Below the pieces are notes generated by a model. That model was not told the DNA's origin and made no database searches. It saw only the letters and a program-made list of their open reading frames with translations. A stretch of DNA of 64,000 nt from a virus (Duplodnaviria > Caudoviricetes), in IMG/VR virus record IMGVR_UViG_2974624810_000001, positions 67,977-131,976 of that record. One strand, written 5' to 3'. Shown piece after piece: positions 37,258 to 47,162 of the stretch (its first letter is position 1; each line of letters starts with the position of its first letter). The position numbers and the translations under genes are program-made.

Positions 37258-37555
37258 CTACGTTCAGAAGATTAAGGACGCGCTATCACAGCTCCATCCT
37301 CGAATGGATTCAGAGCTTCTTGATGTGTATGCTTTGCTTGTCCTGGTTAAGGGCGAGGAAGTCACGCTGAAGGACGTTCACGATGCCTGGTCGGTATGGA
37401 AGAATAACATCCGCCCTGACCACCGTTCATTGATTGAGTTTGATGAGCTGACTCCTGAAGTTCAGGCTCTTGACCAGCGATATGCTGACAGCATTGAAAC
37501 AGTCGCTAAGGTCCGAAGGATTGTAAATGCGTACAAGACAGCGCAATCTGGGTAA
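37250..37555 (+). CDS. conserved hypothetical protein
   Basis: YALLVL.KG..VT..DVHDAWS.W. Confidence 0.65.
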   Translation: MSNYVQKIKDALSQLHPRMDSELLDVYALLVLVKGEEVTLKDVHDAWSVWKNNIRPDHRSLIEFDELTPEVQALDQRYADSIETVAKVRRIVNAYKTAQSG

Positions 37556-37920
37556 ATGCAAGTGTGGTCGGCCAATTCTTACCGGCCACCTTCGCCAATA
37601 CAATGGCGATAATACTAAGCTTTGCCCAGCATGCAATGCAGAGGCTATCATTGAGGGGATTACTCATCGTGCCCGGCACAACGAGGGCCTTGACAGCACT
37701 GATTCTGACAGGTACGATACTCAACATAGTCTTCCTCACAGCAGTACATCAGGCTATAGAGGAGATGAAAAGTGACATACAGCGAAATGCGTGTAGACAT
37801 GCGCATACGACACAAGACGAGCGGCCTGAAAGCTACGATTGCTAAGCTTGGTAGCGGCAAGTTCACTTATGTCGATGAGTATGGACGCGTACAAGAACAT
37901 GACCGATACAACGCATCCGA

Positions 37921-38331
37921 ATGGGAGCAAATAAAGTAATGGGATTCTGGTCAGCAGTCAGGGACATCAAGACTATCGTAGCTCTTGAAGAGGCTGCAAA
38001 GAGAAGCGACAGCGCTGCTCGATACCTGCGAAATGTTCAAGAATGGGATTGTTTCGAAGACCTTGTTCAGGAGTGGAAGCGCTATTTCGAGCAGTATGCT
38101 CGTAAGAACAAGGTGAAGCCTGCCGACCTTCGCTTCGGAGGAAGTGTCTTCGATTCAGCAATGAATCTGGACGGCTCTACCCCGCCTGCCAAGCGAAGCG
38201 GTGGAAACGCCACTGCTCGTGCCAAGAAGCTTTGTGACAAGTACGGCCGAGGTGATGGGCCTACTTTTGGCGCGGCAATGGAGGAAGGTCTTCGTCTCGC
38301 TCAGGGTAAGAGTCCAAAATACAGGGTTTGA
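37921..38331 (+). CDS. hypothetical protein
   Basis: 136 aa ORF. Confidence 0.55.
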   Translation: MGANKVMGFWSAVRDIKTIVALEEAAKRSDSAARYLRNVQEWDCFEDLVQEWKRYFEQYARKNKVKPADLRFGGSVFDSAMNLDGSTPPAKRSGGNATARAKKLCDKYGRGDGPTFGAAMEEGLRLAQGKSPKYRV

Positions 38332-38332
38332 C

Positions 38333-38569
38333 ATGGGCGACCTGAAGAAGTACGATGTGATGGTCCGAGTGGATTTCGTTTGGGAAAACGAATATGGTGA
38401 CGAACGAAAGACTTGGGCCACCAACATCGGTCATTACAGTTCAAATGACCCTGATTCACTTCCTGAGTGGATTGCGGCAAATCATATAACGTGTGAGCCG
38501 CCAGGAGAAAAGGTTGCAAGAATTCTTTATTCAGAGATTTCTTGCTATACAATAACTGAGGTGGAGTAA
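38333..38569 (+). CDS. hypothetical protein
   Basis: Operonic. Confidence 0.5.
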   Translation: MGDLKKYDVMVRVDFVWENEYGDERKTWATNIGHYSSNDPDSLPEWIAANHITCEPPGEKVARILYSEISCYTITEVE

Positions 38570-38629
38570 TGTTTAAAGGAGAAGGTAACCGGTCTTTCTA
38601 ACAAGGACCGGTCTTTTCTGTCTCTGGCA

Positions 38630-38944
38630 ATGGAACTGAGTCTTAACAGTAACATGAAGCAGAGGCATGGAGCCGTTGTGGTAAAGGGTGGACGAGTCCT
38701 TTCACACGGCTGGAATCTATTGAAGAATGACCCGAACAATGTGAGCAACGAGCATCTTATCCGCTTTTGTTCAGTGCATGCTGAACGCATGGCGTTGGCT
38801 CGTTGCAAGAATGCTGCTGGTGCTACTGTCTATGTGGCACGTAACAAGTCTGGCAAGGCTCGTCACTCTAAGCCTTGTGATGCATGTCATGAGGCCCTTG
38901 AAGCGGCCGGTGTTGCTAGGGTTGTGTACACGACCGACACCTGA
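38630..38944 (+). CDS. cytidine/dCMP deaminase-like protein
   Basis: HAE and PCDAC zinc motifs. Confidence 0.85.
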   Translation: MELSLNSNMKQRHGAVVVKGGRVLSHGWNLLKNDPNNVSNEHLIRFCSVHAERMALARCKNAAGATVYVARNKSGKARHSKPCDACHEALEAAGVARVVYTTDT

Positions 38945-38987
38945 TAGACTTAACCAAGTAAGCTCACAACAACTGAGGAGATGAATC

Positions 38988-40901
38988 ATGGAGCCTACTG
39001 CTATCTATGCCGAGCGCAAGGGTAATCTTGCCGGTGAGACTGTTGCAATGAGCGTTGATGCTGCGAGCATGGCGCATGTCATGTCAATCCTGACTGACCT
39101 CTACTCCGACCCAGTACTTGCGGTAATTCGTGAGTACAGCACCAATGCCTTTGACTCTCACGTTGAGGCTGGTGTGCAGAAGCCCATTGAGGTTTCTCTT
39201 CCCAATGCCCTGTCTCCCTTCTTCAAGGTTCGAGACTATGGCGTTGGCCTGTCGGTCGAAGACATTCGCAACGTTTACTCAAAGTATGGTGCGTCAACCA
39301 AGCGCTCTACCAATGAGCAGGTTGGTATGCTTGGTCTGGGATGTAAGTCTGCTCTGACTTACACTCAGCAGTTTACTGTTCGTTCTGTGAAGGATGGCCA
39401 CCTGGCACACGTTGCCATTTCTCGTACCGAGGATGGCTCTGGTGTTATGCAGGTCGTTCATACTCAGGAAACGGATGAGCCGAATGGCGTGGAGATTTCT
39501 GTTCCTGTTCACAAGATGGACGACTTCGGCTGGAAGGCTCGTGACTTTTTCCGATTCTGGGAGCCTGGTACTGTTCTGATTGATGGTGCTGAGCCTGAGC
39601 GAATTGACGGCATTGACCTCGGTGAAGGTGTCCAGATTATCAAGTCTGGGGGCACTGACTATGTGGTCATGGGCAACGTTGGTTATCGTGTCAATCAGCA
39701 GCACAATCTCTACCAGGACAGGTATTCTTACCGTAGTCGTAGCTTTGGTGTTGTCGCTAAGGTTCCGATTGGTTCGGTAAACTTCACCCCTTCACGTGAA
39801 GACCTGCACTACACTGATAAGACCATTGAGACTCTTGAGGGCGTGCGTAACATTGTCCTTAAGCGTCTGTTGGCCAAGGCTCAGCAGGAGATTGATGCAA
39901 AGCCTACACGCGAAGAGGCCCGGCAGGAGTGGCTTGAATGGCGTCAGATGACAGGCGCAGGTTTGTCGGAACTGACCTACAAGGGGGAGTCTATTCCGAA
40001 TGAGCTGAACATTCGCCACATGCGCTACCGCCCTGACTATGGTCGTGGTAGTGTTGGAACGTACGCAAGCATTAGCTTCAATGAGCTGAGCCGATGCATC
40101 TTCATTCACGGATACGAGAAGGATGAGATTTCTACCTCTCACCGTGCTAAGATGCGTCTGTGGGCCGAACAGAAGAGTTTCAGTGGTCGTACGTTCATTG
40201 TTACAAAGGACCCGGTGGAGCAGAAGTGGTTCAAGTCTGTTCAGGTCGGTACATGGGAAGAGGTCTTTGCTACAAAGAAGCCTCGTGAGCCTCGTACTGA
40301 AGCATCTGAGACCTTTGTAATTTCTCAGCCTGGTTCTCGTTATGGTCGTAACATGACCCTTGCAGAACTTGACAAGACCAAGACTCTCATCGTTTGGAGC
40401 AGTGGCGACCCGCTGTACGAGGACATGATTGGTGAGATTGTCAGGCTGCATGGGGATGCTGTGGGTGTCCGTCTTGCCAAGAACCGTTGGGACAAGTTCC
40501 TTCGGGAAAACCCTAATGCGGTAAAGGTCACTGACGTTATCCCTCAGATGGCAAAGAAGGCTTTTGATGCTCTCTCTGCTGACGAGAAGATGAGTATGAG
40601 TATTGACTACTATGACCGTAGTCCTCTCATGATTCTCGACCCCAAGAGGGTTGACGACCCTGAGCTGAAGCGATACACTGAAGTGGTACAGAGCATCAAG
40701 AAGACGCCTGCCATCGACCACTTCAACGATGTGGCGAATGTATGCTCTCGACTCCAGCTCAAGCGTCCTACGATTGACAAGGTCGAGAGTCCCAAGGTAA
40801 AGTATCCTCTGCTGGCTGCCGTCACTGGTTACTCCAGCACGCTGCTCGAACACTTCTACCTCTACGCAAACACTGTCTACGCAAAGGAAAACAATGACTG
40901 A
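38988..40901 (+). CDS. rIIA: rIIA-like protein
   Basis: GHKL ATPase (REYSTNAFDSH, RDYGVG, GMLGLG.KS), PSREDL; followed by rIIB. Confidence 0.85.
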   Translation: MEPTAIYAERKGNLAGETVAMSVDAASMAHVMSILTDLYSDPVLAVIREYSTNAFDSHVEAGVQKPIEVSLPNALSPFFKVRDYGVGLSVEDIRNVYSKYGASTKRSTNEQVGMLGLGCKSALTYTQQFTVRSVKDGHLAHVAISRTEDGSGVMQVVHTQETDEPNGVEISVPVHKMDDFGWKARDFFRFWEPGTVLIDGAEPERIDGIDLGEGVQIIKSGGTDYVVMGNVGYRVNQQHNLYQDRYSYRSRSFGVVAKVPIGSVNFTPSREDLHYTDKTIETLEGVRNIVLKRLLAKAQQEIDAKPTREEARQEWLEWRQMTGAGLSELTYKGESIPNELNIRHMRYRPDYGRGSVGTYASISFNELSRCIFIHGYEKDEISTSHRAKMRLWAEQKSFSGRTFIVTKDPVEQKWFKSVQVGTWEEVFATKKPREPRTEASETFVISQPGSRYGRNMTLAELDKTKTLIVWSSGDPLYEDMIGEIVRLHGDAVGVRLAKNRWDKFLRENPNAVKVTDVIPQMAKKAFDALSADEKMSMSIDYYDRSPLMILDPKRVDDPELKRYTEVVQSIKKTPAIDHFNDVANVCSRLQLKRPTIDKVESPKVKYPLLAAVTGYSSTLLEHFYLYANTVYAKENND

Positions 40902-41874
40902 CCTTCAGTACAGCCTGATTCGCAATTCTGGTGGCGAAGTCATCACCGTGTTCTATAACGGTCAGATGCTTTCTGCTACCGATGCACATCCGAACTGGGC
41001 CGGTATTAAGGCTGGCGTTGAGGCCGATGACGTTTCTGTCATGGACCTCTTCGACCCTGGTTTCGTGGCGCAGACTCGTTTCGAGCGTCTTTCCGACCGA
41101 GTGACCGTGAAGTCTGGTAAGGTCTTCTGGGACAACCAGCCTGTTCACAATGCTCTTACTGAGCAGGTTGTTCGGTTCATCAAGGATGGTCAGGAGGACT
41201 TCGGTCCTCTCGTGGCCTTCTTTGAGAAGGTTCAGGACAATCCGAACGAGCACAGCCGTGAACAGCTTTACGACTGGCTTAACATTCATGACTTCACGAT
41301 TCTCCCTAACGGCAACTTCGTTGGCTACAAGGGTGTCCGTGTGAATGGTGATTCTTACGAGAGCATCAGTCATGGCAATGCAATCAGCAATGGCATTGAG
41401 TACACTGGCGCTATCCCTAACCCCCTGGGAGCCATTGTAGAAATGCCTCGTGACCAGGTTCAGCACAACCCTTCAGAGGGTTGTTCAACTGGTCTGCATG
41501 TCGGTACGTGGAAGTACGCCTCTGAGTTCGCTCAGGGTGCCGTACTTAAGGTCGAGGTAAACCCTCGTGACGTTGTTTCTGTTCCGACCGATTGTGGTCA
41601 CCAGAAGCTGCGTACGTGCCGATACACTGTTCTTGAAGTAATCGATGCCCCTGTCAGTGGTCCTGTGGACTATGACTACGCTGGCTATGACGATTACGAA
41701 GAGGACGATGACTACGGGCTTGAACTGTCTGTGGAGGCCGAAGAGGCTTACTACGACAAGATGGCTCGTGAGTCTCAGCCTGTCGTGACGATGGCTGGAA
41801 CGGTCGACACTCGTTTCAATCACCTTCGCCAGAAGCGTGACGCAAACGGTCGATTCCTTCCAAAGAGCAAGTGA
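40894..41874 (+). CDS. rIIB: rIIB-like protein
   Basis: NP...S.EQLY, GYKGV, MPR, CSTGLHVG, VNPRDVVSVP.D...K.R.C.Y. Confidence 0.85.
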   Translation: MTDLQYSLIRNSGGEVITVFYNGQMLSATDAHPNWAGIKAGVEADDVSVMDLFDPGFVAQTRFERLSDRVTVKSGKVFWDNQPVHNALTEQVVRFIKDGQEDFGPLVAFFEKVQDNPNEHSREQLYDWLNIHDFTILPNGNFVGYKGVRVNGDSYESISHGNAISNGIEYTGAIPNPLGAIVEMPRDQVQHNPSEGCSTGLHVGTWKYASEFAQGAVLKVEVNPRDVVSVPTDCGHQKLRTCRYTVLEVIDAPVSGPVDYDYAGYDDYEEDDDYGLELSVEAEEAYYDKMARESQPVVTMAGTVDTRFNHLRQKRDANGRFLPKSK

Positions 41875-41965
41875 TGTTGGGCCCCTTCGGGGGCCTTTCG
41901 TCATCTCTTGACACAGTGCTCTACAAGATGTTAGAGTTAGTACAACGACGAACGAAAGGAACGCC

Positions 41966-42736
41966 ATGAAAATTCTGGTCTGTGGTGACTGGCATGGTGA
42001 CACCAATTGGGCTCGAAAGATGGTTCGCAGGGCTGTAGAGAATGACTCAAAGGTCATTATGCAGGTCGGCGACTTCGGTCTTTGGGACCATGAGGTTGAA
42101 GGTTTCAACTACCTTGATGCCCTGAACGACGAGTGCCGGAAGTATGGTGTGAAGGTCTACTTCGTCGCTGGAAATCATGAGAATTGGGACCGACTGGACT
42201 GGTATGAGAAGAATAACCCAAAGACCTACGCTGGTCTGACGGTTATCCGAAGCCACATTCGGTACACTGGTCGCGTAAAGCGCTGGCGTATGGATGGAAA
42301 GTGGTTCCAGGCTGTTGGTGGTGCTGTCTCTGTGGATAAGGGCGGTGCTCATCGTAAGCCTGGTGTTGGATGGTGGCCACAGGAAGAGATTCCTGAGCGT
42401 GTGGTTTACGGTCTTGAGAAGGCTGGTCGTCAGTCTGACTATCTCTTGACTCATGATGCTCCAACGTGTGCACCCTTCCGATTCCGTCTCAAGAATGACC
42501 CTGATTCTGAGAGGCATCGGAACTTGATGAATCGAATTGGTCGCGCGGTTCGGCCGAATCTCTGGTTTCATGGTCATTACCACACCTGGATGGAGAACTA
42601 TCCTTTCATGCATCAGACTGGTTACACAAGCGTGTATGGTCTGGACATGAATGGTGACTTCTACAGCAGCGTGGTGCTTGACACGAGCAACGATTCGGTT
42701 CAGACTATGACTGGTAAGGTCATCGAGTTCGAGTAG
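41966..42736 (+). CDS. calcineurin-like metallophosphoesterase
   Basis: GDWHG, GDFG, GNHE, THDAP, HGHYH. Confidence 0.9.
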   Translation: MKILVCGDWHGDTNWARKMVRRAVENDSKVIMQVGDFGLWDHEVEGFNYLDALNDECRKYGVKVYFVAGNHENWDRLDWYEKNNPKTYAGLTVIRSHIRYTGRVKRWRMDGKWFQAVGGAVSVDKGGAHRKPGVGWWPQEEIPERVVYGLEKAGRQSDYLLTHDAPTCAPFRFRLKNDPDSERHRNLMNRIGRAVRPNLWFHGHYHTWMENYPFMHQTGYTSVYGLDMNGDFYSSVVLDTSNDSVQTMTGKVIEFE

Positions 42737-42827
42737 TAACCTCCGCTTCATAATCAAGTCTGTGTTACTCTTTTAGAGAATTCTTCAAGAATGCGCAGAC
42801 TTGAGGAGAAGGAGGTGAAAGTAAGAA

Positions 42828-43166
42828 ATGGCAGAATACGAGTACAAGCCAAAGACTTCTCAGGACGCTGTAGCTCCACATCTTGACCCACTGGCAGATG
42901 AGGATGCAAAGCGTGCTGAAGAGGCGGGCGTAAAGGACTCAGCATTTGTTGACTATGAGGCTGCTCTAGAGAACTACCAGTCTCGTGCAGACGTAGAGAC
43001 TCTAGCCGCACGTCGAGCACGTGAGGGCGGTTGGAAGTTTGAGGATGCTGCTTTCCGTCGTTCCGCTGAAAAGGACGAGCTAACTGGTGGTGGTGTAGTC
43101 ACCTCTGACGATGCAACTTCTAAGGAAGCAGAGCAGAAGCCAGCAGCTCGCAAGGCAAGCAAGTAA
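42828..43166 (+). CDS. hypothetical protein
   Basis: RBS aaggaggtg. Confidence 0.65.
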   Translation: MAEYEYKPKTSQDAVAPHLDPLADEDAKRAEEAGVKDSAFVDYEAALENYQSRADVETLAARRAREGGWKFEDAAFRRSAEKDELTGGGVVTSDDATSKEAEQKPAARKASK

Positions 43167-43245
43167 TCAAGACTTACTAATTGAACAGGGAGGTTATCAT
43201 GGCCTCCCTGTTCTTTGTCAGCAATACAGAAAAGAGAAAGCGATT

Positions 43246-43485
43246 ATGTCTGTTGTTCTAGACTACAACTCAGTTGACCAGTTCGTTACTGCCCAGAAGG
43301 AAAAGGGCAATGATGTGCGCTGGGAGGGTTGGGACCTGGTTTTCTTCCGCAAGAGCAAGAATCATTCTGGTTGGTCAAAGCGTGATGGGGCTTACCGTCA
43401 CGGTAACTGGGGATTCCAGACTCGCATTGCGGTAAGCACTGATGGAAAGTGGAGGGTTCCTAACCGCAATGTACGGTCTGCCTGA
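43246..43485 (+). CDS. hypothetical protein
   Basis: RWEGWD..FF, WG pattern. Confidence 0.55.
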   Translation: MSVVLDYNSVDQFVTAQKEKGNDVRWEGWDLVFFRKSKNHSGWSKRDGAYRHGNWGFQTRIAVSTDGKWRVPNRNVRSA

Positions 43486-43909
43486 TAGATTTCTCGAAAA
43501 GATTACCATCGATTCTTCTGAGTGTTGGATTTGGAACTCAGTAAAGGATGCTGGTGGATATGGTCTGTTTCGAGTAAACGGTAAGTGGGTAAAAACCCAC
43601 AGGTATGCTTTTGAAATGGCAGGCGGGACACTTGATGACTCTCTAGTTATCGACCATCTGTGCAAGGTTCGTGAGTGTTGCAATCCACATCATCTCGAAC
43701 AGGTCACAATGGGAGAGAATACTAGACGCGGCAATGCAGTAAAGAATCGTAAGGCCCAGGCCGCTGCGATTACTAAATGCGTGCAGGGCCATGAGTTTAC
43801 TCCTGAAAACACATATGAATACAAAAATAGGCGTATGTGTAAGGCGTGTCGAGCCAGCCGTAGGAATGTGGCCAGAGACGCAAGGAGGAAAAATGTCAAG
43901 CATTCTTGA
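43469..43909 (+). CDS. HNH endonuclease
   Basis: CWIW, GYG, HR, IDHLC....CCNP.HLE..T..EN; C..GH. Confidence 0.85.
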   Translation: MYGLPDRFLEKITIDSSECWIWNSVKDAGGYGLFRVNGKWVKTHRYAFEMAGGTLDDSLVIDHLCKVRECCNPHHLEQVTMGENTRRGNAVKNRKAQAAAITKCVQGHEFTPENTYEYKNRRMCKACRASRRNVARDARRKNVKHS

Positions 43910-44201
43910 GCAAAGGGGCATAAGTCCAGAGGAAGTAAGGTGGGAAGACCTGGCCTTGTGTCGTGGTCTTCCCACTTCTTTCTTCTTTGAGACTTATGAG
44001 CAGGACAAGATTTCTGCTAGAGCCGTAGATGAAATGTGCCTTCGCTGTCCTGTCATGAAGCAATGTGCAATGGCGGCCAAGGATAATAATGGCTTTGGAG
44101 TTTGGGGCGGCATTTATTGGACTGGCGCACGAGCCGACCAGTATCGCAATGCTCATAAAACTCCAGAGGTATGGAAGAGAATCAAGGAGAGGTTGTCATG
44201 A
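43893..44201 (+). CDS. whiB: WhiB family transcription factor
   Basis: Four Cys (ALC...MCLRCPVMKQC), GVWGG. Confidence 0.85.
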   Translation: MSSILEQRGISPEEVRWEDLALCRGLPTSFFFETYEQDKISARAVDEMCLRCPVMKQCAMAAKDNNGFGVWGGIYWTGARADQYRNAHKTPEVWKRIKERLS

Positions 44202-44506
44202 GTGCAGAGAACGTAGTAGCTCTGATGGCTATCGACAACGTCAGGAAGGCGTTCAGGGAATTCCGTTTTGAACCCGGAACAGGATTCACCTGTGACCTTG
44301 TTCAATACCCTGCGACGCAGCATGACGTACCTAACTTCGCACTGTGGGCATACAAGAACACCTTTGACAATCTCACTGAGCATCAAAAGCTGCTCATTAC
44401 TGAACAGATTGGAAGTCTAATTCAATTGATTCGTTCCCTTGGTGTAAACTGTATATTGGAGGTCCATGATGCACCGGGAAAGTCAGGTAGTCAGGGTAGA
44501 GACTGA
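44198..44506 (+). CDS. hypothetical protein
   Basis: ATGA overlap. Confidence 0.5.
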   Translation: MSAENVVALMAIDNVRKAFREFRFEPGTGFTCDLVQYPATQHDVPNFALWAYKNTFDNLTEHQKLLITEQIGSLIQLIRSLGVNCILEVHDAPGKSGSQGRD

Positions 44507-44650
44507 CGAAGGCACTGCTTTTGGAATAATTGAGAAGGTCATGGCGTTTCATTGTCTGGTTAAGTATTGGGACAGTGATGGCGACTGGCAGCTTGATTAC
44601 TTCGAGCACGATGAAGTCGAAGTTATTGGCGAAATAGGATACGAGGTAGA

Positions 44651-44881
44651 GTGAGAGAACTAGTTTGTGATAGCTGTGGGGGTCAGAGGTTCCATCTAAC
44701 CTCTGCGCAGTCAAAACTACTCAAGACAATGACCTTCAATCTATGCAACGATTGTAAGGACAGAGGCAAGGAGCCACGATGGCTCGTTGTTTTGGCGGCA
44801 AGGGATGGTCAGGATGTAGACCACTGGCTCTCAAATCAGCTATACGATGGAGAAAAGATTACGCAGGAGGATTTGAATTAA
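44651..44881 (+). CDS. Zn-finger hypothetical protein
   Basis: CDSC...CNDC..EPRW. Confidence 0.55.
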   Translation: MRELVCDSCGGQRFHLTSAQSKLLKTMTFNLCNDCKDRGKEPRWLVVLAARDGQDVDHWLSNQLYDGEKITQEDLN

Positions 44882-45250
44882 GCCTCCAGGCCGGGTATAC
44901 TAGGCACATCTAGGGAACTATGGGGTTCGAATCCCTACCGGCCGCAATTTTCCCCATAGGGGAGTAAGTTTTGCATTTCAATAACGAGACTGAAGCGTCA
45001 TTCATCATTGAAGAGATGACGCGAGAAATTTGGAGAGTCATCCGCCTGGTCCTTGTCCAAGAGGCCCGAGAGGAAGACGTCAGGGGCGCAGCCGAAAAGG
45101 CAAAATACTTGCGCCTCTATATCGACAGCTACGAATCACGCAATTACTCAAGACTGCCTGAAAGCTCCATCTGGCTAGCTAAAGAGATGGTGGAAGCAGT
45201 AGTAGACTTGATTGATTGACTTTTAACTCATCACTGATTACAATTTGCAT

Positions 45251-45652
45251 ATGTCCAGAATATCTACAGCACTAGTCAAGTTGTTCAAGCATCCTCTCGT
45301 GGTAGTAGAGGTGATTATTGCTGTCGGTTTGCTGGTTTCAGGATTGTACGCAGTAGGTCCATGGTATGTAACTAATGCAACAACTCCTATCGGTCAGGCG
45401 ATTGATTCCACAATTGTCAGGATGGGGATAGGAGCCTTCTATACCATTAGTGCAGTGACTTCATTGTGGGGCGGATTCAGAGATTGGGATGAGAGTAGGT
45501 CAATTGGTCTATTCATGATGTTCTTGTCTTATTCGTTTATGACTATCCTTAGATGGATGGCCATTGGCTTCGTTCCTTTGACTTGGGTATTCAGTCTTAC
45601 CTTGGCACTCATTGTGGCATTCCTATACTTTAGGATAAGGTTGCTGAAATAA
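45251..45652 (+). CDS. 4-TM membrane protein
   Basis: Hydrophobic helices. Confidence 0.65.
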   Translation: MSRISTALVKLFKHPLVVVEVIIAVGLLVSGLYAVGPWYVTNATTPIGQAIDSTIVRMGIGAFYTISAVTSLWGGFRDWDESRSIGLFMMFLSYSFMTILRWMAIGFVPLTWVFSLTLALIVAFLYFRIRLLK

Positions 45653-45955
45653 ATGCCCGAGATTACTACGGCCTGGATTGCCGTGATTGGTACAATGCTG
45701 GGGGGTGTTGGGCTTAAGTTTGTCGAACACTGGCTCAGCCGTAGCAAGGTTCGGGACGACACAGCCGCTCAGCTCAGAAATGAATTGAGAACTGAAATCC
45801 AAGGACTCAAGCAAGAGCTGAACAATGTCGAAACCGACCTAGACAAGTGGCGTGGAAAGTATTACGAATTGATGGACAACTTTATCAAAGTCAAGAGTGA
45901 ACTTGAGACAGCCATGCGGAAGCTACAGCAGCAAAATAACAACACAAGCCCCTGA
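45653..45955 (+). CDS. membrane-anchored coiled-coil protein
   Basis: N-terminal TM plus coiled coil (lysis-accessory-like). Confidence 0.6.
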   Translation: MPEITTAWIAVIGTMLGGVGLKFVEHWLSRSKVRDDTAAQLRNELRTEIQGLKQELNNVETDLDKWRGKYYELMDNFIKVKSELETAMRKLQQQNNNTSP

Positions 45956-45988
45956 CATAGTCGGGGGCGTTGTGCTACAGTAAGGAGC

Positions 45989-46186
45989 ATGATGATGGAA
46001 GCAGTGATGGAGCGTCCTCTTCGTAAGACTGAGGACAGATGTGACAAGTGCAACGCTCAGGCGTTCATGATTGCAGAGAAGGGGGCACTGACTCTGTTGT
46101 TCTGTGGCCATCATGGCAAGCAGTACAGTCAGTCACTTGAGCAGCAAGGATGGGAACTGCTTGACTTCACCGACGAGATTGGCTAG
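45989..46186 (+). CDS. small actinobacterial Zn-binding protein
   Basis: DRCDKC.AQA...LLFCGHH. Confidence 0.65.
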   Translation: MMMEAVMERPLRKTEDRCDKCNAQAFMIAEKGALTLLFCGHHGKQYSQSLEQQGWELLDFTDEIG

Positions 46187-46195
46187 AGTAGAGAC

Positions 46196-46399
46196 ATGAA
46201 CATCGGAGACAAGGTCGTCCTTGAAGACGACGAGCAGGCACCGGGCGACTGGACTGGCTTGGTTTGTACAGTCATTGCGGAGCCGATGAATCTGGACAGA
46301 GAAGAGTTCGTTCGTGTCAAGCCTGACACTGACCGACCTGACGAGTATGGTCAGGAATGGTTCTTCTGGCCGACTTCCCTCATGAATAAGGTGGATTAA
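46196..46399 (+). CDS. SH3-like small protein
   Basis: IGDKV...W.G...TV...RPD; paralog of 46607. Confidence 0.55.
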   Translation: MNIGDKVVLEDDEQAPGDWTGLVCTVIAEPMNLDREEFVRVKPDTDRPDEYGQEWFFWPTSLMNKVD

Positions 46400-46606
46400 T
46401 GTTTTCTCCAAAAGAGGGTCCTCCAACTACACTCGCAGAAGCCGTTGTTTACGCTACCTATTGGTATGCAGATAGTGGATGGCACGCTTTTGTGACTGGC
46501 TGGGCATTCGGAAATGGAATGACAACTGAAGACCTGGTGGAGTTCAAGAGTCGTGGTCGTCAGGCTATGATTGCTTGGGCAGACATCGAAATTCGAAAGG
46601 GCTAAT

Positions 46607-46825
46607 ATGTTCCTCGTTGGTGATATCGTAGAGATTGTTGCCACTGACAGTGGTCGTGGTGAATGGATTGGCTTTCAGGCTACCGTTCTTCCGTGGCCAG
46701 AAGATGAAGAACAGTACGAAGATGGACTGTTGCAGAATTGGCTTCAGCCTAACTACAGCCGTCCAGACCAATTCGGTGAGAAGCCATTCATGTGGCCAGC
46801 AAAGAACTTGGTCAAGATTGGTTGA
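46607..46825 (+). CDS. SH3-like small protein
   Basis: VGDIV...W.G..ATV...RPD.FG...F.WP. Confidence 0.55.
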   Translation: MFLVGDIVEIVATDSGRGEWIGFQATVLPWPEDEEQYEDGLLQNWLQPNYSRPDQFGEKPFMWPAKNLVKIG

Positions 46826-46844
46826 CTCACGGCCTTCGGGCCAT

Positions 46845-46924
46845 TCCCCAGTTGCTCTGTTTGGTAGGGGCCGCCTGACTTTGAATCAGGATTAGCGACG
46901 TTGGTTCGAATCCAGCCTGGGGAG
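46845..46924 (+). tRNA. tRNA-Gln(TTG)
   Basis: cctga-ctttgaa-tcagg. Confidence 0.85.
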
Positions 46925-46925
46925 C

Positions 46926-47162
46926 ATGGCTAATGAATATAGTTTCACAGACCATAAGGGCAATCGAGTAAATAAGGGTGACCGAGTAAAGGTTTATCGA
47001 ACACCCAAGGGTCAGGAAGAGTGGGTTGGTGCTACTGGTGAAGTCTCCAGCATTAAGCTTCCTTATCAAGAGCTAATCCAACTCTTCAATCTGAGAGACG
47101 TGCCAAAGGATTATACTGACAGGTTCGTCTATCATCCAGCAGAATATTTGGAGAAAATCTGA
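46926..47162 (+). CDS. SH3/KOW-like small protein
   Basis: KGDRVKV...WVGATGEV. Confidence 0.55.
   Translation: MANEYSFTDHKGNRVNKGDRVKVYRTPKGQEEWVGATGEVSSIKLPYQELIQLFNLRDVPKDYTDRFVYHPAEYLEKI

Noticed and set aside
39792-40853. 353-aa - strand ORF
   Set aside because: Antisense to rIIA.
3549-46924. Suppressor, Sec or bldA-type (Leu-TAA) tRNA
   Set aside because: No CTA, TTA, TCA or TAA anticodon found among the tRNAs read in this window; no sign of recoding.
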